From the NCBI GenBank assembly GCA_963781425.1, contig CAWAGX010000015.1, forward strand, positions 133,262 through 197,261: a stretch of 64,000 bases of DNA, given 5' to 3'. This DNA is from an uncultured Actinomycetes bacterium (lineage in GTDB: Bacteria; Actinomycetota; Acidimicrobiia; IMCC26256; PALSA-610). Positions 1-10,604 of this stretch are shown here, in pieces (within the stretch, counting starts at the first letter, position 1; each line of letters opens with the position of its first letter). Below the pieces are notes generated by a model, which saw only the letters and a program-made list of their open reading frames with translations, searched no databases and was not told where the DNA came from. The position numbers and the translations under genes were made by a program.

Positions 1-1
1 A

Positions 2-184
2 TCGGCGAGCGCGATCACTCGGTCGCGGTGTACCTGCGCCGCGGTCGCGTGCCTCATGGGTGTGTACTTCGGCACCGCGGCGACCACGCAGCCGATGGTC
101 GCGGGCGAAACGACGCTCGCCGGCATCTCGCGGGTCTTCGCGTCACGCATGGCAGAGCTCCCCGCGTCCGTCGTCAACGGCTAG
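2..184 (+). CDS. 3' end of a hypothetical protein truncated by the window edge
   Basis: Open frame ending TAG at 182-184 (...LMGVYFGTAATTQPMVAGETTLAGISRVFASRMAELPASVVNG) with GC-rich third positions. Confidence 0.4.
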   Translation, partial: SASAITRSRCTCAAVACLMGVYFGTAATTQPMVAGETTLAGISRVFASRMAELPASVVNG

Positions 185-258
185 GGAGGAAGGGCGCGAC
201 CTGGGCACATTGCTCGAGCACTGGCCACGGGGATGACTGCCCGATCTAGTCTCCCGCC

Positions 259-981
259 GTGCTGCTAGCCCATCTGAGCGACACCCACTTGCTCGCCGAT
301 CCCGACGCGCGGATCCGTGACCACAATCCGGCGGAGAATCTTGCCGCGGTCATCGACGCGCTCCCGGAGCAGGTCGACGTGATGGTCGTCACCGGTGACG
401 TCGCAGAAGAAGGAAATCCGCGCTCGTATCACCTCGCGCAGTCGATGATTGCCGAGCGCGCCGCCCGCACGTTCCTTCTCCCGGGAAACCACGACGATCC
501 CGACGCGATGCGCACGGTGCTCGGAGATGCCGAAGACCTGCGCATGGTCCCGCTGTCCGATCAGTGGGTGATGGCATTGGTCAACACGCAGTGGCTCGGA
601 CACGATGCCGGACGCCTCACCGACGAGACGTGGACGCGACTCCAAGAGGAGCTCCGGCGCACGACCGCGCACGTCGTGCTGTGCCTGCACCATCCACCGA
701 TCTCGCCGTGCGCGAACGCTGACTGTGGGATGGTCGACGGGGCGCGCGTTGCAGAAGGGTTGCGCGACACGCCCGTGCGCGCGGTGCTCTCAGGTCACGT
801 CCACCAGCAGTTCGACACGTCGCGGCACGGCGTCCGGTTCCTGGGCGCACCATCGACGTTCCGCCAGCTCCGCCACGGCGGCGATCCGCACTACACCGAC
901 ACGGGAGAACCACCCGCCGGGCACCTGCTCGAGCTCCACGACGACGGCGCGATCGATTCGCGCGTCGTCATCGCACGCTGA
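259..981 (+). CDS. Calcineurin-like metallophosphoesterase, CpdA/Icc (cyclic nucleotide phosphodiesterase) type
   Basis: All motifs intact: HLSDTH, VTGDV, PGNHD, LHHPP, SGHVH, and C-terminal APST. Confidence 0.85.
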   Translation: MLLAHLSDTHLLADPDARIRDHNPAENLAAVIDALPEQVDVMVVTGDVAEEGNPRSYHLAQSMIAERAARTFLLPGNHDDPDAMRTVLGDAEDLRMVPLSDQWVMALVNTQWLGHDAGRLTDETWTRLQEELRRTTAHVVLCLHHPPISPCANADCGMVDGARVAEGLRDTPVRAVLSGHVHQQFDTSRHGVRFLGAPSTFRQLRHGGDPHYTDTGEPPAGHLLELHDDGAIDSRVVIAR

Positions 982-1169
982 GCCCGCCGGCCCCGCTTCT
1001 TCCGTTTGGTCGCAGCGTGCGCGTTTCTCGGACACTGTCCGACCAAACGGCGCTCTGCAACAGCACAAGTCCCGCGGGCGCGATCGGGCTGAGAGGTCGA
1101 CTGATCACGGGTTGGCGTCCGCATCAGTTCGTGGACGATGCTGTCGACAATCAAGGGAGCGGGGACATC

Positions 1170-3056
1170 ATGACGGCGGGTCGCATCCACGCACGATTCC
1201 AACGCGTTTGTTCGATGGCGGCCGTGCTCGCCCTCATCGCCGGACTCACTGCCGCGAGCACGACGAGTGCCGGCGCCGCCGGCGCGCCGGCGAACGACAA
1301 CTTCGAGAGCTCGGCAACGATCAGCGGTGCGCACGGCTCGGTGAACGGCACGACGCTCGACGCGACCGCGCAGCCCGGCGAACCCGACAATCAGGGATTC
1401 CCGGCCACCTATTCGGTCTGGTATTCGTACACAGCGACGGCGGGCGGGACGCTCACCGTCGACACGTGCGACAACACCGCCTTCTTCAGCACGATTGCCG
1501 TGTTCACCGGGGCCACGATCGGCGCGCTGACGCCTGTCGCGACGCACCCGAACGGGCCCTGTTCGCAGGTCCGCATCGCATTCAACATGACGAAGTCCAC
1601 GACCTACCGGATCGCGGTCGACGACGTGTTCGGCGATCCCGGCGCGTTCACATTGGGATGGACGTTCACGCCCGCCACGGCGCCGTTGGTCGACATCGGA
1701 TCCGACGCGGAACTGAATTGCTTCCCGAAGAACGTGTCGAACGACTGGCTTCAGTTCTGGTCGAGCACCGCGACGATACCGACGCAGTATTCGTGCGCGA
1801 CGCTCGTGTCGGTTCCCGGCGTCGGTCTCTTCGGACCTCCCGGGTTCGCCGACTCCAACGGGCTCGTCGCGGGTCAGCCGCTCCACAGTTACGCACCGGT
1901 CAAGCAAACGGTCAGGCGGCACCGGGTGCGCACAACGGTCACGCTGCCCGGAACTGCGCTGACACTCGTACAGACGGAGACCTATCGCCGCGGTACGTCG
2001 ATGCGAGTCGACGTCGACATCAGCAATCGCGGCGCAACGACCGCGAACGTCGTCTTGTATCGCACCGGCGACTGCTTCCGGGGTGATGACATCTCGTTCG
2101 CGATCACCGGCGCCGGTGCCGTCGGGTGCGAGCAAGCGCTCCAACGCGGCGTCGTTGCGCGCCCCTCGCCCGGCGACATCTTCATTCGGTGGCAGCCGCT
2201 CACCGTCCGAGGGAGCTCGATTCCTCCGCACTCAGCCGCCGGTGGAGTGAACACGGTCCGTCAGCGCGATCGCGACTGGCGCGGCCCTTGCGAATACTTG
2301 CGAATGCGGCACGCCGGTCGACGCCGCCGCGGCGTTGTCGTGGTCGTTGAGCGTTCCGGCGCGCCGCCACCGCACCGCGTCACACCGCCTGACAATGTCG
2401 ACCGGTAACGGTCGTGATCCCGCCACGATCACCGCGGCTCTCACCCGCAAGAACGGGCGCTGGAAGCTGACCGCGCACATTGTCACGGCTTCGGGACCCT
2501 TGCCCGGCGCTACGGTGCTCTTCGAGCGGGGTCGTTCACGGCCTGCACGGCCATCACGGACGCGACGGGTCGCGCGACGTGTCTCGCGAACGGACAGCGC
2601 GACATCTTCACCGCGACCTACTTCGGCGACACGAGTCATCGACCCGCCAGCACACTCTTCGGCAGACCCGATCCCCATCCGGGACAGCCTCGGAGTTTTC
2701 CGGCGTGCGCGCAGTTCGACACCTCCCCTGACGGCTTCGCGTTCGCGATAAGCGGTGATGGTCACTACCAGCAAGTCGTTGCCACAACACTCGCGCCGCC
2801 GTGCCCCACAGTGCTCTACCGCGCCCGCTCGCTCGGGGTCGTGATCGGCGAAGCACGCGGCGATCTGCGGACGACGACTCCCACCGGTTCTCCGGTCGCC
2901 GGCCTTGCGAACCTGTATCTCGACGATCAGCACGCCTCGGGATGCATCGTCTTCGAGTCCGTCGACCGTCGTACCGGAGCCGTCGTCGACACGGCGCCGA
3001 GCGCTACGTCGGGGAAGCCTTGTCTCGATTCGGTGGGCGGTCAGAAGTTCCGTTGA
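1170..3056 (+). CDS. Secreted multidomain beta-rich protein; frameshifted
   Basis: Signal peptide (MAAVLALIAGLTAASTTSAGA), PANDNF...GTTLDATAQPGEP...SVWYSYTA module; coding continues through the 2335..2751 and 2811..3056 frames after indels from about 2220. Confidence 0.6.
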
Positions 3057-6000
3057 CCTCGGCGGCACGATCGCGAAGTTCGGCGGCACGCAACGCATCG
3101 CCGTCGGCTTCGCAGCACTCAACGGCGATCGCGAACGCTTTCGCCGCCCATTCGACCGCGCCGACCGCGCCGAACCGCGATGCGGCGAGTTCTGCCGACT
3201 CGCGTGCCTGATCGATTCGCCCTGACCGCAGATCGGCGATCGCCGAGGTGAGGCCGGCATCCGCGACCGTCAGCATGTCGCCGCTCTTCATGGCGATCGC
3301 GATCGCGCGGTCGCAATATGCTCCGACGTCTTCGACGTCGCCGCGCGCGAGGAGCGCCTCGGCGAGATTCGCGTTCGCCGTCGCCAGCGCGGGATGCCCG
3401 ATGCGCGCGAGCTCGGCGATCGCCCGGTGGTTGCAGTCGATCGCCGCATCGACCTCGCCACGGGTGAGCTCGACGAGAGCCAGATTGACGAGACATCCCG
3501 CCGCTTCTTCGACATGACCGATCCGCTCCGAGAGCGCGAGGCCGTCGCGCAGTACTGCTGCGGCCTCGTCGAGGCGGCCGAGGTCTTCGTACACCCCGCC
3601 GAGCACACGTAGAGCACTCGAAAGGCGACGCAGATCACCGGCGTCCTCGAAGGAGGATCGCGCTTCGAGCCCGTGGACGAGCGCGTCTTCGAGCAAACCC
3701 ACCGAAGACTCGGCACGAGCGAGATCGCTCAGCAACGTCGCGCGCATCGGATCGCCGGGTGGCACGACGGCGAGACCGTCGGCGAACGAGCCGATCGCGG
3801 CGTGGAAGCTGTCGGCAACCATGAGACAACGACCGCGCTCGAGGCTGATCGACGCCTGTTCCGCCGGGGTCTCCGGACGCGCCGCGTCGAGCACCACGAG
3901 CGCATCGCGGTAGTCGCCTTGGGTCCGCAAGCTCGCGGCAAGGCCGCACGCGGCGCGCAGCGCCGCCGGGCCGGCGAGCAGGGATCGGTACAGCTCACCC
4001 GCCTCGGCATACGCGCCGACCTGCCGGCTCAGGTCGGCGAGCCGCAGTGTGAGCTCCAGCACAGCCGGTGCCGTCTCGTCGTCGCGCAGGACCAGATCCC
4101 GGGCTCGGCGGAGGTGGAGGATCGCGGTGTCGTTGGCGAACACCCCTTCCGCCCGTTGCGCCGATCGCAGGAGTTGGTTGACCGCGCGTACGCCCGCGTC
4201 GGCACGATAGAGGTGGTCCGCGAGTACATCACCGGCGTCACCATCACTGCCATCGACCTGTTCGATCTCGTCGGCGATGCGCAAGTGCAACGCGCGAGCG
4301 TGGCGGCGCAGCACCCGCGAGTACGCAACCTCCTGCACGAGCGTGTGCCGGAACTGAAGGGTGTCCGGGCGATCGCGGGCCGGTTCGAGAAGCTCGTTTT
4401 CGATGAGTTCCTTGATCGCGATCTTCACGTTGCCCACGTCGACGGCCGGTGCCGCCGCTCGGAGCAGCGGGAGTGGAACATCCGCACCGATTGCAGCTGC
4501 GAGATCGACCAGGCGCCGAGTGTCGGGCGTCAAGCGGTCGAGTCGTGACGCGAGTGCGCTCTCGATCGTGGGCGGCAGGTCGTCGCTGTTCCCGACCGCT
4601 TCGCCGCGAGCCACGGCGCGGACCATCTCCACGGCGAAGAAGGGGTTGCCGTGGGCTCGGGCACAAATCGACGCGGCGGTTGCGTCCGGCATCGCGCCGT
4701 CGATCTGTCGGATGAGCGCAAGCATCTCGGCGTCGCCGAGACCGTCGAGCATCAGCCTCGTCGCATCCATCGCCTCATTGCGAATGCGATTGATTGCGTC
4801 GCTGTCGGTTCGCGCCGTGACGATCAGCAGGAGCGGAATGCGCTCTGCCAAAGCGGCGACGTGCGCGAGGAGCTCCGCGGTTGCATCATCCGCCCAATGA
4901 ATGTCTTCGGCAGTGAGCACCAACGGATCACGGCGGCCGAGCGCGCCGAGCAGCGCGGTGAAGGCCTCGTGCAGGCGCGTCCGCCGCATTTCGGGATCGG
5001 CATCGTCGCGGTCAGACCAGGTACGGCGCGAGAAGCCCGACAAGCGCGCCGGCGTGCTCCGGGATACCGAGCTCGGCCAACAGGTGCTCGAGGCGAGTCG
5101 GCGCGGCGCCCGCGCCCGTATCGTCGTCGGCCAACGTCGTGAGGAGGTTGATGATGGGCTCGTACGGTGAGCCCGATCGGTACGACACTCCGCGCACGTC
5201 GATCCAGCGCACGCCGCGGGCGGCCGCATCGGCACGCGCCGCCTCGATCAACGACGTCTTGCCGACCCCGGCATAACCCGAGACGATGAAGACCTCGCCG
5301 ATGAGCGCAGCGAGGCGATCGAAGGCGTTGCGCAACCTCGCCCGTTCCTCGGTACGGCCGACGACGACACATTCCTCCGCAACGACTTCTCGACGACCGG
5401 CGAGACGCCACGCCGGAACGGGCTCGGCTTTGCCCTTGAGATCGAGGCTCCCGATCGATTCCAGCGCGAACGATCGTCGGGCGAGGCGCTCGGTCAGCGA
5501 CCCGACGTAGGTTTCACCGGCCGGCGCCTGCGATTCCAGACGTTGCGCAACATTGATGGCGTCGCCGAGTACCGAGTAGTCGGCCCGCACCTCGCTGCCG
5601 ATGACGAGCGCGATCGCATGGCCACTGTTGACGCCGATATGCAGGCCGAGTGCTTGCGCCGGGTCGCCCAACGTCGGGCGGATCGTGTCGAAGCGTTCGT
5701 GCATTTCCAGCGCACACGCGAGCGCGCGTTCCGCGTCGTCTTCGTGACTCACCGGCGCGCCAAAGAACGCGAGCAGTGCGTCCCCGGCGTACTTGTCGAC
5801 GTAGCCGTCGTACCGGCCGACGACCTCACTCAGCTCCGAGATGATCGCGGTGACGATGTCGGTGACCGTCTCGGGATCGAGCTCATCGGCCAGGGCGGTG
5901 AATCCACTGATATCGGCAAACATCGCGGAGACCAACCGGCGCTGGCCGCGATGCTGCTCACTCGACGCCGCTTCGGGCACCTGGCCGCGCGACAAGCGAT

Positions 6001-6142
6001 CGATGACGTCTTCGACGTCGGACAGCGGCTGATCGACGGCAGCAATCGCCGCGCCGCAATGACCGCAGAACCGCGTGCCGTCGGGATTCTCACCGTCACA
6101 CGATCGACACGCCCAACCCACGGGGGAACCGTACAACGCCAC
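3004..6142 (-). CDS. Zinc-ribbon + class III adenylate/guanylate cyclase + AAA/STAND ATPase + TPR protein; one frameshift near 5020
   Basis: CRSC/CGHC ribbon; FADISGFT, DKYAGDALLAFFG, HIGVNSG, LGDAINVAQRLE; Walker A GYAGVGKT; Walker B EDIHWAD; GNPFF, FRHTLVQEVAY; TPR-like helical C-terminus. Confidence 0.88.
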
Positions 6143-6224
6143 CCGCCCTCGACGCCGCGACCGCGCTCGCTCGCACCTTCATGCTCGACCCGGTGATGTG
6201 ACTGCTGTCAGAGCGCCCGGAGAG

Positions 6225-6941
6225 CTACGCGCATTCCAGCGCGGCGAGGTCACGCGTGGCGTAACCGTGGTGCGCCATCTCTTCTTCGAAGACGGTATGC
6301 AAGCACGCTTGTACTGGCGCGTTGCCGTTCTCGAGCACCTCACGGGTCTGGATGAGCTCTGCCGCCTCGAGATCGCCGAGATGCTTCGCGAAACGCGCGC
6401 CACGATCGCGACGCACGGCCAGCGCGTCGGCGAACGACGGATGGGCGTCGCGATCGATGCCGGGCCACGGAAAGTCGAGACTCCCCGTGTTCGGCAAGCC
6501 CATCGGGTCGAACTCTCCGCCGATGAGCGGCACGGTGAACCACTTGTCCGTCGCGAACACCAAGTGGCGAAGGGTTTGCACGAACGAAAACTCGCCGTCC
6601 ACCGACGCGTGCAGCGTTTCCTCGGGGAGCTGTTGCGCTCGTTCGATGGTCGCGTCCCAAACCGCGGAGACCGCATTCCACGCCTTGCGCATTCCTTCGG
6701 GATCAGTCGGCTCCAGGAGCGCCCGTTCCGGATTGACGCGAGCGAGCTCGGCAGTCACGTACGCCGTGACGTCGACGCCGTTGATCTTCACGGTGTTGTA
6801 CATGCCGTCGATGTCCACGTTCACCAGCCACACCTGCGACATCTTCACGTTCGTCAGGTTGGCGCCCTCGATCCGCGCATCGGTGAGGTCGACCTCGCGG
6901 AACTGCGCCCCGCGCAGGTCGGTGCCTTCGAAGTCCGTCAT
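6225..6941 (-). CDS. DinB-family protein with N-terminal pentapeptide repeats
   Basis: FEGTD-LRGAQ-FREVD-LTDAR-IEGAN-LTNVK repeats; SFVQTLRHLVFATDKW and EEEMAHH motifs. Confidence 0.8.
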   Translation of the reverse strand: MTDFEGTDLRGAQFREVDLTDARIEGANLTNVKMSQVWLVNVDIDGMYNTVKINGVDVTAYVTAELARVNPERALLEPTDPEGMRKAWNAVSAVWDATIERAQQLPEETLHASVDGEFSFVQTLRHLVFATDKWFTVPLIGGEFDPMGLPNTGSLDFPWPGIDRDAHPSFADALAVRRDRGARFAKHLGDLEAAELIQTREVLENGNAPVQACLHTVFEEEMAHHGYATRDLAALECA

Positions 6942-6949
6942 GCGGGAAG

Positions 6950-7206
6950 TGTTCCAGACAAGACACGGAGCAAAACCACGCCGGATCGGGCCTCGCCATC
7001 ATCGGTGGGCTGCTCGCGCGCAACACTCTGCTTTGGCGGCGGGAGCGAAATGCACAAGCGCCGAACCCGTCTGGGAGACCGGCGGCCGCATTCTCGAGAT
7101 CGTCGGCGGCGTGCTGTTCTTCGGTTCTCCGATCGTCGCCGGGCTCGTCGCCTGGCGGTTGCGCGTCGGTCGCTCGAAAGAACAGACGATGGAGGAAGCG
7201 AAGTAG
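6950..7206 (+). CDS. Possible small membrane protein, start uncertain
   Basis: Hydrophobic segment ILEIVGGVLFFGSPIVAGLVAW followed by basic residues, stop at 7204-7206. Confidence 0.3.
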
Positions 7207-7271
7207 CCGGCTGATCGGAATGCGATCGCTGGGTACGCTCCCCTGTTGTGGCACGTGGCGAGGGGATCGAG

Positions 7272-8443
7272 ATGACGGAGCGCCATCCGTATCTCGAACG
7301 GGTTGACACGATCGCGGACGTCGTGCGCTCCGAGGCCGAGCAGGCGGAGATCGATCGGCGCTTGGGTGACAAGACAGTCGACACGCTGCCGCGAGAGCGG
7401 ATTGTTGCGGATGCTGTTGCCCGAGCGTTACGGCGGCGGCGGACTGCACCTGGGAGAGACGTTCCCGATCGTCGAGGCGATGTCACGCGTGAACGGTTCT
7501 GCCGGCTGGAACCTCCAGATCGGCGCGACCACCATCGCGCTCGCCAACGACCTCGCGGATGAGCAAGCCCACGACGAGGTTCTCGGTGACGATCACGCGA
7601 TCGTGGCCGGCACGATCAACTTCACGAACATCAAAGCGCGGCGTGTCGACGGCGGATTCGTGTTCGACGGTGCCGCGACGTTCCTGTCCGGCAGCTCGCA
7701 CGCGGACTGGCTGGTGATCGGCGGCTGGCTGCACGACGATGATGGCAAGCCGCAATTCAGCAACAGTCGCATGCCGCACATCGTGCGTGGCGTCATCCCT
7801 ATCGACGCGATCGCGTTCCGCGACACCTGGCACGTGAGCGGCATGCGCGCGACCGCGAGCAACGACGCCACGCTCGACGCGATGTTCGTGCCCGACCGTT
7901 TCCTGTGCGCATCTACCGGCACCGGGCTCGCGCCGGATGACCCGGCCGCGTCGCTTCCGCTCTTCAGCCGCTTCGGCGGCGGCCTCTCATGGGTCGGGAT
8001 CGGCATCGCACGAGGCGCACTCGACGCGCTGAGCGCCGTCGCAGCCACCAAGGTCGCGATCGGCGGGAATGGACCCTTGGCCGAGCGACCCGACGTGCAG
8101 GTCGACGCCGCCCGCGCCCGCGGATTGATCGAGGCCGGCGCGGCGTTCCTCCGCGAGGCATGGGCCGCCGCCGAAGTCAAGCTCGCGACCGGACAACGAC
8201 TCGACGCCGACGACCAGGCGATGCTGCGCCTGTCATACGTCACCGGCGCGGAGTACGCCGCGCATGCGACCGACATCGTCGCCCGCACCGCCGGTTCGTC
8301 GGCCCTCTACGAGCGTGACGGCATTGAACGTTGTTGCGCGCGACACGAACGCCGTCACCAAGCACGTGACCCTATCGGCACGCTTCTACGACCGCGTCGG
8401 CCGCATACTCCTCGGCCTCCCGCCCCTCCCCGGCCCGATCTGA
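7272..8443 (+). CDS. Acyl-CoA dehydrogenase-fold flavin-dependent monooxygenase (HsaA/DszC-like); frameshifts near 7390 and 8335
   Basis: LLPERYGG, NGSAGW, FLSGSSHADW, DTWHVSGMRATASND, AGSSALY; corrected C-terminus ends GRILLGLPPLPGPI-TGA. Confidence 0.8.
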
Positions 8444-8774
8444 ACGCGGAGTCGATCCGGGTTGCATCATGTACTCGTCACGGTTGACGGGCCATCGTCC
8501 GGTGCCGTGTCGGGGGCAGGCCGGTCACGGGTTCGTAGCCGCCGGGGTGCGTCTCGACAACTCCCTCGCCCCGCGTAAGACCTGGGAGTTGCCGCTGAAG
8601 GTCCCGCGCCCGCGCCGCCGTGCGTGACCGCACAGTGAACCGCTTCCCGTTCGAGTCGATGCGGAGGTCCGCGGCACTGAACTTCGCCGCCGATGCTCAT
8701 CAGATCGGAATTACCAATGTCCGCGACGGAGTCCTGCTGAGGGCTCGCTCATCGGCGCTCCGTGCGAATCGCAG

Positions 8775-10604
8775 TCAGTCGAGGACGAAGTCACTCTTCC
8801 AGTCGTCGTCGAGGGGCCATGCAGGCTGGAGTTTCTTGTCCAGTACGAAGGACCCGAGCACGAGATGGTCGATCTCGGTACGCATGAAGCACCGGTAAGC
8901 GTCCTCGGGTGTGCACACGATCGGCTCACCCCGTACGTTGAAGGAGGTATTGATCACGACCGGACAACCGGTGAGCGCTTCGAATTGCTCAATGACTGAA
9001 TGAAACTCAGGACTCTGCTCGCGGTGGACTGTCTGAAGTCGAGCGGAGTAATCGACGTGTGTGACGGCCGGGATGATGGATCGCACCTCATTGACCCAGC
9101 CGCGTAGGTCGTCGCTCCGGCGATGACCGTTGTACCGTCGAAGGCTGTCCCGAACGGGCGCGACAAGCATCATGTACGGCGACTCCACGTCGAGATCGAA
9201 GTACTCGGACACACGTTCGGCCAGCACCGCCGGCGCGAATGGCCGAAATGACTCCCGGTACTTGATCTTCAGGTTCATGAGCGACTGCATCGAGGCCGAC
9301 CGCGGATCGCCGATAATCGAACGGTGGCCGAGTGCGCGTGGCCCAAATTCCATGCGGCCGAGGAAGAGCCCGACAACTCTGCCGTCGGCGACAAGCTCCG
9401 CGATGTGCCGGGCCCAGGTCGACGGCTCGGCGATTGCTACGTGCGGGTATTCGTTCATCTCGAGGTACTGACGGATCTCATCGTCAGAGAACTCTGGACC
9501 GAGATATGAGCCAGCCATGCCGTCTGAGGGCCGATCGCTTGGGCGTGCCCCGTCGCAGATCTGATGCCAACCGTAGAGTGCCGCGCCGATCGCGCCCCCG
9601 GCATCGCCAGCCGCCGGCTGCACCCAGAGCCGCTCGAACGGTCCCTCGCGAAGCAGTCGACCGTTCGCAACACAGTTGAGTGCGACGCCACCCGCGAGGC
9701 ACGCATCGCGCTCACCGGTGAGCGCTGCTGCATGCCGCGCCATTCGCAGCACGATCTCCTCGGTCACCTCCTGGATCGACCGAGCAAGGTCCATCTCTCG
9801 GACCGTGATGTCGCTCTCCGGCTGTCGAGGCGGTCCGTCGAACAGTTCGTCGAAGTGTCGGCTCGTCATCGTCAACCCCCCGAGGAAGTCGAAGTACCGC
9901 ATGTTCATGCGGAATGATCCGTCCTCCCGCAGATCGATGAGATGGTCGAGGATGCGCTGTGCGTACCGCGGTTCGCCGTACGGCGCGAGACCCATGAGCT
10001 TGTACTCGCCCGAGTTCACGCGAAAGCCGCAGAAATAGGTGAAGGCGGAGTACAAGAGGCCGAGCGAGTTCGGGTAGGACAACTGCCGCTCGAGCGTGAT
10101 GCGGTTGCCCCTTCCGACTCCGATGCTGCTCGTCGTCCACTCGCCGACGCCATCGAATGTGAGCACCGCGGCTGACTCGAACGGTGATGGAAAGAAGGCG
10201 CTCGCGGCGTGACTCTCGTGATGCTCTATGAACCAAACGTCGCGTGCGCGGAATCCCAGATCATTCAGGCCGCGTTCGATCTGATACGGGATCCAGAGCT
10301 TTTCGCGTATCCAGATCGGCATCGCTTGGCGGAACGATGGATAGCCCCGGGCACCCACACGGAAATATGTCCTCAGGAGCCGCACGAACGTCGTGATGGG
10401 CTTGTCGTAGAAGACCACGGCGTCAATGCCGTCGCGTTCGATTCCACCAGCCCGTAGGCAGTACGCGATTGCATGGATGGGAAAGCGCTCGTCGTGCTTC
10501 TTCCGCGTGAAGCGCTCCTCTTGCGCGGCAGCGACGATCGTTCCGTCACGGACGAGGGCGGCAGCCGCATCGTGGTAGAAGGCACTGATACCGAGAACGT
10601 TCAT
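8775..10604 (-). CDS. Carbamoyltransferase (NodU/CmcH/SxtI family)
   Basis: LGISAFYHDAAAAL, AAQEERFTRKKHD, EHHESHAASAF, DGVGE, EYKLMGLAPYG, AGGVALNCVAN, EFGPRALGHRS, KYRESFRPFAP, NTSFNVRGEPIV. Confidence 0.95.
   Translation of the reverse strand: MNVLGISAFYHDAAAALVRDGTIVAAAQEERFTRKKHDERFPIHAIAYCLRAGGIERDGIDAVVFYDKPITTFVRLLRTYFRVGARGYPSFRQAMPIWIREKLWIPYQIERGLNDLGFRARDVWFIEHHESHAASAFFPSPFESAAVLTFDGVGEWTTSSIGVGRGNRITLERQLSYPNSLGLLYSAFTYFCGFRVNSGEYKLMGLAPYGEPRYAQRILDHLIDLREDGSFRMNMRYFDFLGGLTMTSRHFDELFDGPPRQPESDITVREMDLARSIQEVTEEIVLRMARHAAALTGERDACLAGGVALNCVANGRLLREGPFERLWVQPAAGDAGGAIGAALYGWHQICDGARPSDRPSDGMAGSYLGPEFSDDEIRQYLEMNEYPHVAIAEPSTWARHIAELVADGRVVGLFLGRMEFGPRALGHRSIIGDPRSASMQSLMNLKIKYRESFRPFAPAVLAERVSEYFDLDVESPYMMLVAPVRDSLRRYNGHRRSDDLRGWVNEVRSIIPAVTHVDYSARLQTVHREQSPEFHSVIEQFEALTGCPVVINTSFNVRGEPIVCTPEDAYRCFMRTEIDHLVLGSFVLDKKLQPAWPLDDDWKSDFVLD

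Noticed and set aside
3004-6142. Cyclase-ATPase-TPR as an Avs/CBASS-type anti-phage system
   Set aside because: No effector nuclease, TIR, CD-NTase or defence-island neighbours; the architecture is a widespread signalling family
6225-6941. Pentapeptide repeats as a Qnr/MfpA-like gyrase protector
   Set aside because: Only about 8 repeats fused to a DinB domain, a common actinobacterial architecture, and 20 kb from gyrA
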